Both the position numbers and the translations under genes were made by a program. From Candidatus Xenobia bacterium (GTDB lineage: Bacteria; Vulcanimicrobiota; Xenobia; Xenobiales; QWHO01), in NCBI GenBank assembly GCA_045863235.1, contig BTUM01000042.1, positions 1 to 64,000 of the forward strand: a stretch of 64,000 bases of DNA, written 5' to 3'. Positions 36,342-45,748 of this stretch are shown piece after piece. Positions within the stretch are counted from its first letter, which is position 1. Every line of letters begins with the position of its first letter. A model generated the notes under the pieces. It saw only the letters and a list, made by a program, of their open reading frames with translations, made no database searches and had not been told where the DNA came from.

Positions 36342-38273
36342 TTACTCCGGCACGTTGGTGCGTCGATTTGCCTTCGTCACGGCCGCCCCGGTATCGTTGA
36401 TCACGTGGGTGACCTCGCTCCCCTCCATTCCGTTGAGCCAGAACGTCAGCATGTGCACGAACGAGCCCTCCAGGGCCGAAGGCACCTCGATGGCGTGGTA
36501 TGCGCTGACGACCGAGTCGCGGAAGTAACAGTACACCCCGAGGCCAAAGGCCTCGTGGCTGGTGACGGCCGGGTTCACCAGATACGACGCGTAACCGTTC
36601 AGGCCGTTGGGGCTCACCCACTCGGCCTGGTTCGGCACGTCGTACGGCATCTCGGACTGGTAGAAGTAGACCCGACCGAAGTTTGCATTCCAGACTGTCT
36701 GATACTTCTGGAAATGCTCGACGGCCAGGCCGTACATGAACACGCTGGAGCCGTTGACGATGAGTCCCGTGTCGGCGGTGTTGATGGTCCAACCCACGTT
36801 GTTGCCGTGGTCGGCACGCCACAGCCAGAGGTTGTCTCCTACCACGTTGTTGCTGTTGATGATGACACAGGTCGTGGCCCTGACCGAGTGAGGGGAGCCT
36901 CCCACCCGGCAGAAGATGTCGAACAGGAAGGTGGGGTTAGAGGAGTGATCCGCAATACTACCTGCCGGACCGACCTCGAGCAGGGTGGGCGAAGGCGTGA
37001 GGCCGGCCTCCAGGGTCAGGCCGGCCACCGTCACGCCATCCACGTCGGCCACCTCGATGATGGGCTTCCCGTTGGCGGCCACGAGGTTGGCCATCCCCAC
37101 CCCCAGCACGATGGTCCCCGGGCGGGTGACCCGGATGGTATCGGAGATGAAGTAGACGCCAGGACTGAAGAGCAGGTGCTGGCCCCGGTCGAGTGCGCTG
37201 TTGATCGTCGCAGCATCCACGGCCAGCGGACCACCGTCAGCGGCAGGCTTGACGATGTGGAAGCTCTCGAGAGGGATCTCGACGCCAGGAGAGCCATTCT
37301 CATCCCAGTCCACCCCCTGGCTGTTGACCTTGAGGGTGGGCAGCTTGACGAAAAACCGCTCATTCTCGTCGAGGAAGAGGAAGGGCTTCTCTCGCACCAC
37401 GGGTGTGCGGCCCCCATCGGTGATGGCCCCGTCCGAGGTCGGAGTCCCGGGCCAGGTGCCGGCCGGAACGGGCACCGAGCCGAGAAAGACCATGTTCCAG
37501 TTCTCGGTATTCCACTGGGTCCAGTTACAGTTGCGCGACATCCACTGCTGTTGCGAACCCGACTCGACCAGGCCATCGATCTTCGAGTCAGCCATGAATC
37601 CGCCGCTTGACCAGCCCACGTCGAACAACCGCAAGGTCGTGGGGCAGGTGCGGATCAGCGGGTCGTTGCGCTTGCGCTCGGGACTGAAGAAGTTGGCGTT
37701 GGCGCACTCGATCGGGGTGAGGGTGATGGGACTTTGCTTGATGTGGATACGCCTCAAAGGTGAGGCCTGCGAGACGGCCCAGACGTTCTGGTTGAGAGGG
37801 ATGCCTCCGGGGGTGTCGGGCACGTTGGAGGGAGGTCCCACCGTGAGCGAGCCCAGAGTCGGGATGATGGACAGGTTCTCGGCTGAGCGCCAGAAGTTGT
37901 TCAGCGCCCCCGGGCCTTCGTTGATGGGTCGGGTAGCCGGGTCGTCCTGAGTACGAACGGCGCCCGTAATAGTGACATCGTCGGGTGAGCGCCCCAGACC
38001 CAATACCTGGGTGTAGTAGCCCACTCGCACGTCCAGGTTGTAGGCGCCTGGCTTGAAGAGCAGGGCAGCCCGGGTGTTGCCGAACTCGCCCAGGTTCTGG
38101 GTGGCGTAGAGTTGGAGAATTTGCTCCTGGATGTTGGCAGAATCAGGGCCAAAGATTCTCACGTTGGGCCCGAAGGGATTCTCTTCGGCCGGAGGTTGCA
38201 CGACCACATCGGTGGGAGAATCAGAGCAGGCGGCGGCCAGGACGACCGCCAGGAACAGGCTGAGAAAGCGCAT
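36342..38273 (-). CDS. Lipoprotein, bacterial GH55-like exo-beta-1,3-glucanase
   Basis: Lipobox AAAC; FGPNV, LLFKPG.Y, VGYYTQVLGLG, NFWRSAEN, WAVSQA.PLRR, SGGFMADS, WLWRADH, YQSEMPYD. Confidence 0.75.
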   Translation of the reverse strand: MRFLSLFLAVVLAAACSDSPTDVVVQPPAEENPFGPNVRIFGPDSANIQEQILQLYATQNLGEFGNTRAALLFKPGAYNLDVRVGYYTQVLGLGRSPDDVTITGAVRTQDDPATRPINEGPGALNNFWRSAENLSIIPTLGSLTVGPPSNVPDTPGGIPLNQNVWAVSQASPLRRIHIKQSPITLTPIECANANFFSPERKRNDPLIRTCPTTLRLFDVGWSSGGFMADSKIDGLVESGSQQQWMSRNCNWTQWNTENWNMVFLGSVPVPAGTWPGTPTSDGAITDGGRTPVVREKPFLFLDENERFFVKLPTLKVNSQGVDWDENGSPGVEIPLESFHIVKPAADGGPLAVDAATINSALDRGQHLLFSPGVYFISDTIRVTRPGTIVLGVGMANLVAANGKPIIEVADVDGVTVAGLTLEAGLTPSPTLLEVGPAGSIADHSSNPTFLFDIFCRVGGSPHSVRATTCVIINSNNVVGDNLWLWRADHGNNVGWTINTADTGLIVNGSSVFMYGLAVEHFQKYQTVWNANFGRVYFYQSEMPYDVPNQAEWVSPNGLNGYASYLVNPAVTSHEAFGLGVYCYFRDSVVSAYHAIEVPSALEGSFVHMLTFWLNGMEGSEVTHVINDTGAAVTKANRRTNVPE

Positions 38274-38392
38274 GATCATCATCAGGCACTCGCCATTCTT
38301 GACCACCGTTTTCCGGCCCTCCTGACCGCAAGGGGCTCTGCCAGGACCGGATGGCCGCCGTTCGACCAGGCCCTGCAACCGCCACCGAAGCG

Positions 38393-41300
38393 TTACTCGC
38401 TCAAGAGGCGCACCAACTCGGCGGTGGACAGGCTGGCTGCGCGGTGCCCGTCTTCCAGCAGGCTCTCCGCCAGCTCACGCTTTTGCCCGTGCAGGGCCAC
38501 AATCTTCTCCTCCACTGTGCCCCGGGCCACCAGGCGGTAAACCGTCACCGGACGCTCCTGCCCGATTCGGTGGGCCCGATCCGAGGCCTGATCCTCCACG
38601 GCGGGATTCCACCACGGATCAAGGTGCAACACGTAGTCGGCCCCGGTCAGGTTGAGCCCGAATCCGCCCGCCTTCAGGCTGATCAGAAAGACCTCGCCCT
38701 CCCCTTCCTGGAAGGCGTCCACGCGCTTCTTGCGCTCGCCCATGGGTGTCGAGCCGTCCAGATACTGATAGCTCACCCCCCGCTGCTCCAGGGCAGAGCG
38801 GGCGATCTGCAGCACGTCGACGAACTGGCTGAACACCAGCGCGCGGTGGCGGTTCTCGCGCAACTCCTCCACCAGCTCGAGGAAGGCCTGCAGCTTGGCG
38901 CCCGGCAGCCCGCACCCGCTGGCCACCAGCTCGGGGTGACAACACGCGCGCCGCAGCCGGGTGAGCTGAGCGAGCACCGCGATGGGGTCGGAGGACTCGT
39001 TCAGCTCGCGCATCGCTTGCTCGCGCAGGCTCTCGTACAAAGCCAGCTCGTCCGGTGGAAGCTCCACGTGCAGCGTGATGTCGGTGCGAGGAGGCAGCTC
39101 GCTCAGCACCTGCGACTTGGTGCGCCGCAGCAAGAACGGCCCTACCAGGCGCTTGAGCCGGCGCCGCGTGGACGGCTCGTCGGACCCGAACCGCTGGTTG
39201 AAGCTCTGCAGGCTGCCCAGCAAGCCCGGATTGAGGAAGCTGAACAGGCTCCACAGCTCTCCCAGGTGGTTCTCGACCGGCGTTCCCGTGGTGATGATGC
39301 GATAGTCGCTCACCAGTTCGCGGGCCGCCTTCGAGCGTTGCGTGGAGGCGTTCTTGATGGCCTGTGCCTCATCGAGCACCACCGTGTGCCAGCGCCTGCC
39401 GGACAACTCCTCGAGCAGCCCGTAGCTGGCCACCAGCACGTCGTGGCTGCCCAGCGTCTTGAGGAACTCGCCGCGATCGCGCGCGGGCAGTTGGCGCAGG
39501 TTGAGCGTAGGGGCGAAACGGCGGGCCTCGTCGATCCAGTTCGGACACACCGAGGTGGGCGCCACCACCAGGGCGGGCCCGCCCGCCGCGCGCGAGAGCA
39601 TCACTGCTAGCGCCTGCAAGGTCTTGCCCAGCCCCATGTCATCGGCCAGGCAAGCCCCCGCCCCCAGGGAGGCAAGCCGGAGCATCCAGCGCACGCCATC
39701 CTCCTGGTAGGGCCGCAGCTCGGCCTCCAGCGTGCGCGGTAGCTTGGGTTCGAGAGCACGCGCCCTGGCCACCCGCTCCTTATGCTTCTCCCAGTTCTGA
39801 TCGCCGGGCAGGTCCTCCAGCGCGCCCGCCGCCAGCGGGTGCACGCGGCCTTTCTTGCCTTCGGCCACCGTCGCCAGGTCGTCGAGCTTGCGACGCAGCT
39901 CGTCGGTCAGGGCCAGATACTCGCCCGGAGCCAGCGGCACGAACCGCCCCTGGCTTGAGCGCACCAGCTCGAGCAGGCGGGCGAGCTCGAGCTTCTCCTG
40001 ATCGAGCTCCAGCTCGCCCTCCACCGAGAACCAGTCTTGCCCGCTGACCACCCGCAGGCTGGGCCCCCTTTGCGGCCTGCGCAGCTTGAGCGCCGCCCCC
40101 TCGGGCCACTCCAGCACCAGCTCGGTACCAGACACTTCCTCGAGCAGCTCGAGCGTGTCCTCGAGCAGGTAGGTGCGCCAGCTGAAGTCGCCCGTCTCCT
40201 CGGCCCTGGTGAACCGCACTTTGGCGGCACGCTGCTTCTCGCGGCTCAGGTTGCGCACGGTCTCGAGCAGCTTGCCCTCCACCTGGCCGGCCAGCTCCGA
40301 AGGCCCCTCGCCGGGCGCGAAGGCAACCCCCCCCTGGCCCAGGGGGCGCACCCGCAGCTCCAGCTTGAGCCCCTGCCCGCTGGGACGGGCCAACAGGCGC
40401 AGAGTCTCGTCCGACGGAACGCGCCTGGCGCCCAGGCCCTTCCAGCCGCGCACCTTGATCAGGCTCGATATCGACTCGAGAGTGGCGCGAAGCTGGTCGA
40501 TGCCGCTCTCGGGCACATGCAGCCCCTGGCCCACCACCGATGCCACGCGCTCCAGGGCGGGGGTCCGCTCATAAACCACCAGGCGCAGTGGCTGGCTGTC
40601 ATCGAGAGCCACGCTCTGCCCGCGGTGGAAGGTCGGGTGCAGCTCGAGCACCCAAACGTCGGCCTGGCGGGCTGCTTTCAGCTCGCAATCGCCCCGCACG
40701 ACCTCGCAGCTCGCGTGGGGGTGCCCCACCAGCTCGAGCCAGGCCCGCTCCCCGAGCTCAAGGCTGCCGAGGCGCTCGCCCGGCTGAAGGTGCTTGAGGA
40801 TGCGGTGGTCCTGCTCGATGAGGTAGGCGGGAGCGCTGTCACGGAGCTTCTTCAAGCTGAGCACCTTGCCCGCGCTCCACTCGCCCGAGCCCAGCTCGCG
40901 CTGCTCCCTGGCCACCAGCTTCTGCATGACCGGCGTATACTCCCAGAAGAGACGGGTGGCGCCCTTTTGACGCTCGCGAGTGGGGCCGCCTTCGTTGAGT
41001 CGGGCCAGCGCCTCCAGAGAGCGCTGCCAGGGGGCCTGACAGCTCACCCAGTCGACCAGGCTGTGCGGGCCGCTCTTGCCTTTGGAACGCAAGAGCAGCT
41101 GATCGAGCTGGTCGGCCATCCAGGTGAAGCCCGATTCCCGGACGCGCCCGCTCTCCTCGCGGATGGAGAGTCGGTAATCCTCAAAATGCTCGGGGAAGAC
41201 CCAGAACAGAGCCAGACTGGCGAAGAGAAGGGAGGGACCGCCCGGGAGACCTTGCGGGATGCGGGCCTCCATCTCGGCGCGGGCCGCCTGCTCGCTTGCG

Positions 41301-42172
41301 CGGGCCGGCCATAGCAGGAAGCTCATCGCGTTCGGGTAGCGGCTGTCCTTGAAGCTCAGCTTTCTGAGCTTGTCGAGCTGGTTGGCCCTCAGCAGGGCCA
41401 GGGCGAGGAGCGGTCCGCTCAGGTCGAAGAAGAAGGGACGTCCGCCCACCAGCCTGCGAAAACTCTTGAGGGCTCCATCCATGATCTCGGCACCCTGGTC
41501 GGGGCGCTCGAAGAGGTCATTCCAGGCATGCTGGTGCGGGGCGGCCAGCTTGCTCTGGCGCAGGAAGTCGCTTACCGCCGCGGGGCCCTCGCGCAGCAGC
41601 AGCCAGTCGCAGCGAGTGCCCAGCTCGTTGAAACGCTGTGGGGTCAACGGGCTGAATCGAGGAGTGGGCTCGAGGCGCCGCAGGCTCCGCGAGAAGAGGA
41701 AGCCCTCGATGAGGCTGCGGACCTCTTCGTGCAGCGAGGCGTGCAGGTCGGGGTCGAAGGGCTGGCAGAAGGCCTCCGTGACCATGTCGCTCGGCAGGGC
41801 CGCCATGGACTGCCTGAAGAGCTCGATCTCACCCGTCCAGGCGGCCATCCAGGCCGTGGCATGGAGGTCGTTGAAATCGCGGTCCCACGTTTGCGTTGTC
41901 AGCACCTTGAGCAGTCGCTGGTGGCGCGGCCTGTCGAGACCTCGCAGGCGCGAGATGCTCTGCTCACGACTCAGCAGGAAAAAGTCCGTCTGGAAGGGGC
42001 CCCTCTTGATCTCCACCCCGCTCTGACGCTCGAGCAGAGAGCGGATCTGGCGCTCGTTGACGGGCACCTCCTGGCGGCGGAGCAGTTTCTCCAGGCGGTA
42101 ACCGGGGATGGGACGGGCGTAGCAGGCCAGCAGGTCAAGGATGACTTCGCAGGTGAGGTCGAGGGTGCGCAT
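38393..42172 (-). CDS. SNF2-family helicase with long N-terminal region
   Basis: LRPYQ, LADDMGLGKT, DEAQAIKN, TGTPVEN, ISLKAGGFGLNL, DPWWNPAVEDQASDRAHRIGQ. Confidence 0.95.
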   Translation of the reverse strand: MRTLDLTCEVILDLLACYARPIPGYRLEKLLRRQEVPVNERQIRSLLERQSGVEIKRGPFQTDFFLLSREQSISRLRGLDRPRHQRLLKVLTTQTWDRDFNDLHATAWMAAWTGEIELFRQSMAALPSDMVTEAFCQPFDPDLHASLHEEVRSLIEGFLFSRSLRRLEPTPRFSPLTPQRFNELGTRCDWLLLREGPAAVSDFLRQSKLAAPHQHAWNDLFERPDQGAEIMDGALKSFRRLVGGRPFFFDLSGPLLALALLRANQLDKLRKLSFKDSRYPNAMSFLLWPARASEQAARAEMEARIPQGLPGGPSLLFASLALFWVFPEHFEDYRLSIREESGRVRESGFTWMADQLDQLLLRSKGKSGPHSLVDWVSCQAPWQRSLEALARLNEGGPTRERQKGATRLFWEYTPVMQKLVAREQRELGSGEWSAGKVLSLKKLRDSAPAYLIEQDHRILKHLQPGERLGSLELGERAWLELVGHPHASCEVVRGDCELKAARQADVWVLELHPTFHRGQSVALDDSQPLRLVVYERTPALERVASVVGQGLHVPESGIDQLRATLESISSLIKVRGWKGLGARRVPSDETLRLLARPSGQGLKLELRVRPLGQGGVAFAPGEGPSELAGQVEGKLLETVRNLSREKQRAAKVRFTRAEETGDFSWRTYLLEDTLELLEEVSGTELVLEWPEGAALKLRRPQRGPSLRVVSGQDWFSVEGELELDQEKLELARLLELVRSSQGRFVPLAPGEYLALTDELRRKLDDLATVAEGKKGRVHPLAAGALEDLPGDQNWEKHKERVARARALEPKLPRTLEAELRPYQEDGVRWMLRLASLGAGACLADDMGLGKTLQALAVMLSRAAGGPALVVAPTSVCPNWIDEARRFAPTLNLRQLPARDRGEFLKTLGSHDVLVASYGLLEELSGRRWHTVVLDEAQAIKNASTQRSKAARELVSDYRIITTGTPVENHLGELWSLFSFLNPGLLGSLQSFNQRFGSDEPSTRRRLKRLVGPFLLRRTKSQVLSELPPRTDITLHVELPPDELALYESLREQAMRELNESSDPIAVLAQLTRLRRACCHPELVASGCGLPGAKLQAFLELVEELRENRHRALVFSQFVDVLQIARSALEQRGVSYQYLDGSTPMGERKKRVDAFQEGEGEVFLISLKAGGFGLNLTGADYVLHLDPWWNPAVEDQASDRAHRIGQERPVTVYRLVARGTVEEKIVALHGQKRELAESLLEDGHRAASLSTAELVRLLSE

Positions 42173-42408
42173 GGGCCGAGATTCCAAGTGGCACAAAGAG
42201 TTCCTGTCGAACGATGGGGCGAAAGTTGAAGCGGGTTCATCGAGCGGGTTGTCCCGGGTCGCGACTTCCTCGGGCAGTTGCGGCGACCACTCTGGTGGCG
42301 CTGCGACCGATTCGCGCTCCTCTGGCGCCTCGGCCCCGGAACCTTCCGGCGGTCCGGGGGCGGGGCTTTGCTTGGATCCTACAAAGCTGTCCTGCAGCCT
42401 GCCAGGGT

Positions 42409-43125
42409 TCAGTGCGGCTTTTCGTCCTTCTTGAACAGGCAGCCGCAGTCACCTTTGAGCTGGTAGTGCTCGATGTGAGGGGTCTGGTAGTTGCCCACCA
42501 ACCGTGTATCGAGAATGGGCTCGAAATGGTGATAGTAGGCGTCCTGGCCGTTTTGCTTGCCAGCCGTGACGAGCTCTCGGAAGCCTTTCATCTCGTGGGT
42601 TTCGATAGCGTGGGGGCGCCACACCAGCGCCACCCGGTCCTTGTTGGCCTCCTTGGCCTGCCACAGGCCCACCCCGGTGCCGGCCACCACCGCTCCGGCC
42701 GAAGCCGCCAGGAACGGGTGGCCCAGCCAGAGGCCCAGCGCGCCCCCCACCAGGGCGCCGCCCAGAGCGGCCCCGGCCCCCCAGGCCAGCCCTGTGTGCA
42801 AGACGTTCTTGGGAGCGCCTTCCAGGTGCTCGCTCTTTTGCTCCATCAGAGCCGTGCCGTCCGGATTCAAGCGCGGGAGCTGGCGGAACACCGCAAAAGG
42901 GTGCTGGGGCGGGGGCGCGTCGCCGAAGTGCACCTCGCCGATGGCGGGCGTGGGGCTCTGGTCGAAGTAGTCTTTCGGCATGGTGCCGAGCTGTACGCGG
43001 TCATAGACCGGCACGGTGTACTTCAGGTCTACCGAGATGGGCTGCTTGCCTTCCGCGACTTTCACGGGTCCGACGATAGCAGGGGGGGGCTCCGGGTTGG
43101 TTGCCGGCTTGTTGCTGTTCGGAAG
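42409..43125 (-). CDS. Hypothetical protein with glycine-zipper TM hairpin
   Basis: GC3-biased ORF with Gly-rich hydrophobic hairpin; start codon not identified, so the 5' coordinate is approximate. Confidence 0.55.
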   Translation of the reverse strand, partial: LPNSNKPATNPEPPPAIVGPVKVAEGKQPISVDLKYTVPVYDRVQLGTMPKDYFDQSPTPAIGEVHFGDAPPPQHPFAVFRQLPRLNPDGTALMEQKSEHLEGAPKNVLHTGLAWGAGAALGGALVGGALGLWLGHPFLAASAGAVVAGTGVGLWQAKEANKDRVALVWRPHAIETHEMKGFRELVTAGKQNGQDAYYHHFEPILDTRLVGNYQTPHIEHYQLKGDCGCLFKKDEKPH

Positions 43126-43161
43126 ACAGGCTCGCCAATGCTTTGCGCCGAAGCCTGCAGC

Positions 43162-43383
43162 GTGGATGACCTCAAGCTCGTAAGAGACTCGCTCGCCTGG
43201 GTCGAGAACGAGAGAGCGCGCTATGACGGCCTCGAGAGCCTGGGCATCGAAGAGAGCTGCCGGCAGTTTGCCGAGCTTCAGAGCGCCCTGGCCTACCAGA
43301 TGGAGCTGGCCGAGCCGGTGGTGCGGCCGATTCGATTGCAGCATCTCATCGAGCTGCAAGAGCGCCTGCGTGCGTTGCCCTAG
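43162..43383 (+). CDS. Small helical protein, putative antitoxin/partner
   Basis: GTG 43162; stop directly abuts the ATG of the nucleotidyltransferase. Confidence 0.55.
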   Translation: MDDLKLVRDSLAWVENERARYDGLESLGIEESCRQFAELQSALAYQMELAEPVVRPIRLQHLIELQERLRALP

Positions 43384-43935
43384 ATGGAGCAGGTTTGGAG
43401 TGCGCTGCTGGAGGCCCAGTCCCGGTTGGAGGGCGCTGGTATCCAGTCGGCCGTGATCGGGGGGATCGCCGTGGCCGTGTGGGGTCTGCCGCGGGCCACC
43501 CAGGACGTCGATCTCAAGGTGCTTCTGACCCGCGCTCAGGCGGACCGATTGCTCGGGACTCTCTTTCCTCAGGGGTGCCCGGCCGAGACGCGGACCTTCC
43601 TTCAGCGCAACGGAATCCTCTTTGTCCAGCAGGACGGCGGGGTTCGAGTCGACTACCTGCTCTCTGACACGTCCTTTGACCGATCGGCGATCGAGCGTCG
43701 GGTTGAGGCGCTGGTGGCGCCGGAGGTACGGGCCCAGGTCTGCACGGCTGAGGACCTGATCGTGTACAAGCTCCTCTCCACGAGGCCTCGCGACTACGAG
43801 GATGCCGTCGGCATCGTGGCTCGCCAGAGAAATCGCCTTGATGTCGAGTATGTCCGCTCCTGGCTCGGGCAGTTCGAGCAGGCCCTGGATGACTCCGAGT
43901 TAGCAGCGAACTTCGAGCGACTCATCGGAAGATAG
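43384..43935 (+). CDS. Nucleotidyltransferase (Pol-beta superfamily, TA-associated type)
   Basis: VIGGIAV..WG.PRATQDVD, EDLIVYKL...RPRD.ED. Confidence 0.8.
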   Translation: MEQVWSALLEAQSRLEGAGIQSAVIGGIAVAVWGLPRATQDVDLKVLLTRAQADRLLGTLFPQGCPAETRTFLQRNGILFVQQDGGVRVDYLLSDTSFDRSAIERRVEALVAPEVRAQVCTAEDLIVYKLLSTRPRDYEDAVGIVARQRNRLDVEYVRSWLGQFEQALDDSELAANFERLIGR

Positions 43936-43968
43936 AGACTTTTCAGGTCTTCCCCTTAGGCTTGGCAA

Positions 43969-45207
43969 GTGAAGATCTTGCCCGAGCTGCGCCAGACGTT
44001 CCCGGTGAAGTATGGCTCGCTGTCCATCGACCCGCGCCACGACACCTCGGCCGACGGCGTGCGGCTTTCTTACTACGAGGACGATCGCGACTGGGAGCAC
44101 TCTTTCACCTACAGCACCGGCAGCCAGGACAATCCGACCTATCACAAGTTCTACTCGATGGACCTTAGCAAGTTCCGCTTCGGCGGCCAGGTCAGCCTGA
44201 GCAGGGACGGCCGCACGGCCATCGGGCAGATCCTGCACAAAGACGGCACCGCCAGCCTGGTCGAGTTGCCTCTCAAAGGGCGCCTGCTGGGATTTTTCGA
44301 GCGACAGGGCTGGCTGCCGATGCCGCAGGTGGCTCACCTTCCGGACAGAGCCACCGCCTTCGACCAGAATCCCGCCGGCGGGCTCGCGGTGGCCATCCAG
44401 AAGACGGTCTACCTCTCCCAGGGCAACCAGCTTCAGCCCTGGAAGGCCTTCCAGCACACCGTGCGCGATGTGGAGTATCTGGCCGACGGCACTCTGGCCG
44501 TGGTCACCGAAGACCAGAATGCGGCCGGCCTGGCCCGGTTCACCTTCCATCTCACTGCCCCCGGTGAGCGTGAGCCCACTGTCCTGCCGCTGGCTGAGGT
44601 ACACCCCGAGGACTACGAGAAAGACGTCCACCAGCGCTGCGCCCGCCTCGAGTTTCTGCAGGGCGCCAACCTGGCAGAGAAGGAGCGCTTCCTGGAGAAG
44701 GCCGGATGGCTGTCGATCCAGCCGGGAGTTTTCAAGGACCACCACACCCTGGGCCCGGATCTGGTGGCCGTGCTCGAGGATGGGCTGCGCCTCTTCCGCT
44801 ATGACCGCTCGACCGGGGAGGCCGTGGCGGGCGCTTGCCTCGAGCTGCCCCGGCAACTGGACCTGAAAAGACCCATGCAGTCCCTCGAAAATGGCCGCTG
44901 GGTGGTGCTCGACGACCGCGACGTGGCCCTCTGGGACGCCCGGTCAGGCAAGCTCGCCTGCTTGCTCCCGGAGGTGCGCGAGCTCCAGGTGACGCCGGAA
45001 GGCCAGCTCAGCTTCACCGACCCGGAGGGTGGCCGCCACCTGCTGCCCCCTGACCAGGCTCACACCGTGAAGGAGCAGCAGTGGTATCAGCGGGCGCTGG
45101 CGGCCCGGCTGCTGGAACGACCCGCTCAGGCCCCGCAGAGGACGACCATCGAGATGCTCGACGGCCAGCTGCGGGTGGGCTCGGCTTTGTTGCGCATCCG
45201 GCGCTGA
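43969..45207 (+). CDS. Beta-propeller-like hypothetical protein
   Basis: WD40-like blade fragments (LSRDGR, VEYLADG, VALWDARSG, VTPEG). Confidence 0.6.
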   Translation: MKILPELRQTFPVKYGSLSIDPRHDTSADGVRLSYYEDDRDWEHSFTYSTGSQDNPTYHKFYSMDLSKFRFGGQVSLSRDGRTAIGQILHKDGTASLVELPLKGRLLGFFERQGWLPMPQVAHLPDRATAFDQNPAGGLAVAIQKTVYLSQGNQLQPWKAFQHTVRDVEYLADGTLAVVTEDQNAAGLARFTFHLTAPGEREPTVLPLAEVHPEDYEKDVHQRCARLEFLQGANLAEKERFLEKAGWLSIQPGVFKDHHTLGPDLVAVLEDGLRLFRYDRSTGEAVAGACLELPRQLDLKRPMQSLENGRWVVLDDRDVALWDARSGKLACLLPEVRELQVTPEGQLSFTDPEGGRHLLPPDQAHTVKEQQWYQRALAARLLERPAQAPQRTTIEMLDGQLRVGSALLRIRR

Positions 45208-45313
45208 GACGACCCGCCGCCATTTTCGGACGCGGCCGCCCACCATGGGGTTGCCGCACTCGGTATCGCGCTGACTGAAGGGCCCCTCTCAGAATCCCGC
45301 GAAGCGCTTCCCC

Positions 45314-45748
45314 ATGGACGAGTTCATGCGGGCTGCCATCGAGGAGGCGCGCCAGGGACTGGCCGAGGGGGGGATCCCGATCGGCTCGGTGCTGGTGCGA
45401 AACGGCCAGATCATCGGACGGGGGCATAATCGGCGGGTGCAAGAGCACGACCCCATCCTGCACGCCGAGATCGACTGCCTGCGCCGGGCCGGGCGGGTGG
45501 GCTCCTACAAGGACACCGTGCTCTACTCCACCCTCATGCCCTGCTATCTGTGCGGTGGGGCCACGGTGCAGTTCGGCATCCCCAAGGTCGTGGTGGGCGA
45601 GTCGCGCACCTTTCCTGGTTCCAAGAGCTTCCTGCAGTCCCACGGCGTGGAGGTGGTGGACCTCGATCTCGACGAGTGCCACGCGTTGATGGAGCGCTTC
45701 ATCGCTGACAATCCGACCCTCTGGAACGAGGACATTGGCGAGCTCTGA
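45314..45748 (+). CDS. Zinc-dependent cytosine/nucleoside deaminase
   Basis: EGGIPIGSVL, GHNRRVQ, HAE, PCYLC, WNEDIG (yeast FCY1-like family). Confidence 0.9.
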   Translation: MDEFMRAAIEEARQGLAEGGIPIGSVLVRNGQIIGRGHNRRVQEHDPILHAEIDCLRRAGRVGSYKDTVLYSTLMPCYLCGGATVQFGIPKVVVGESRTFPGSKSFLQSHGVEVVDLDLDECHALMERFIADNPTLWNEDIGEL

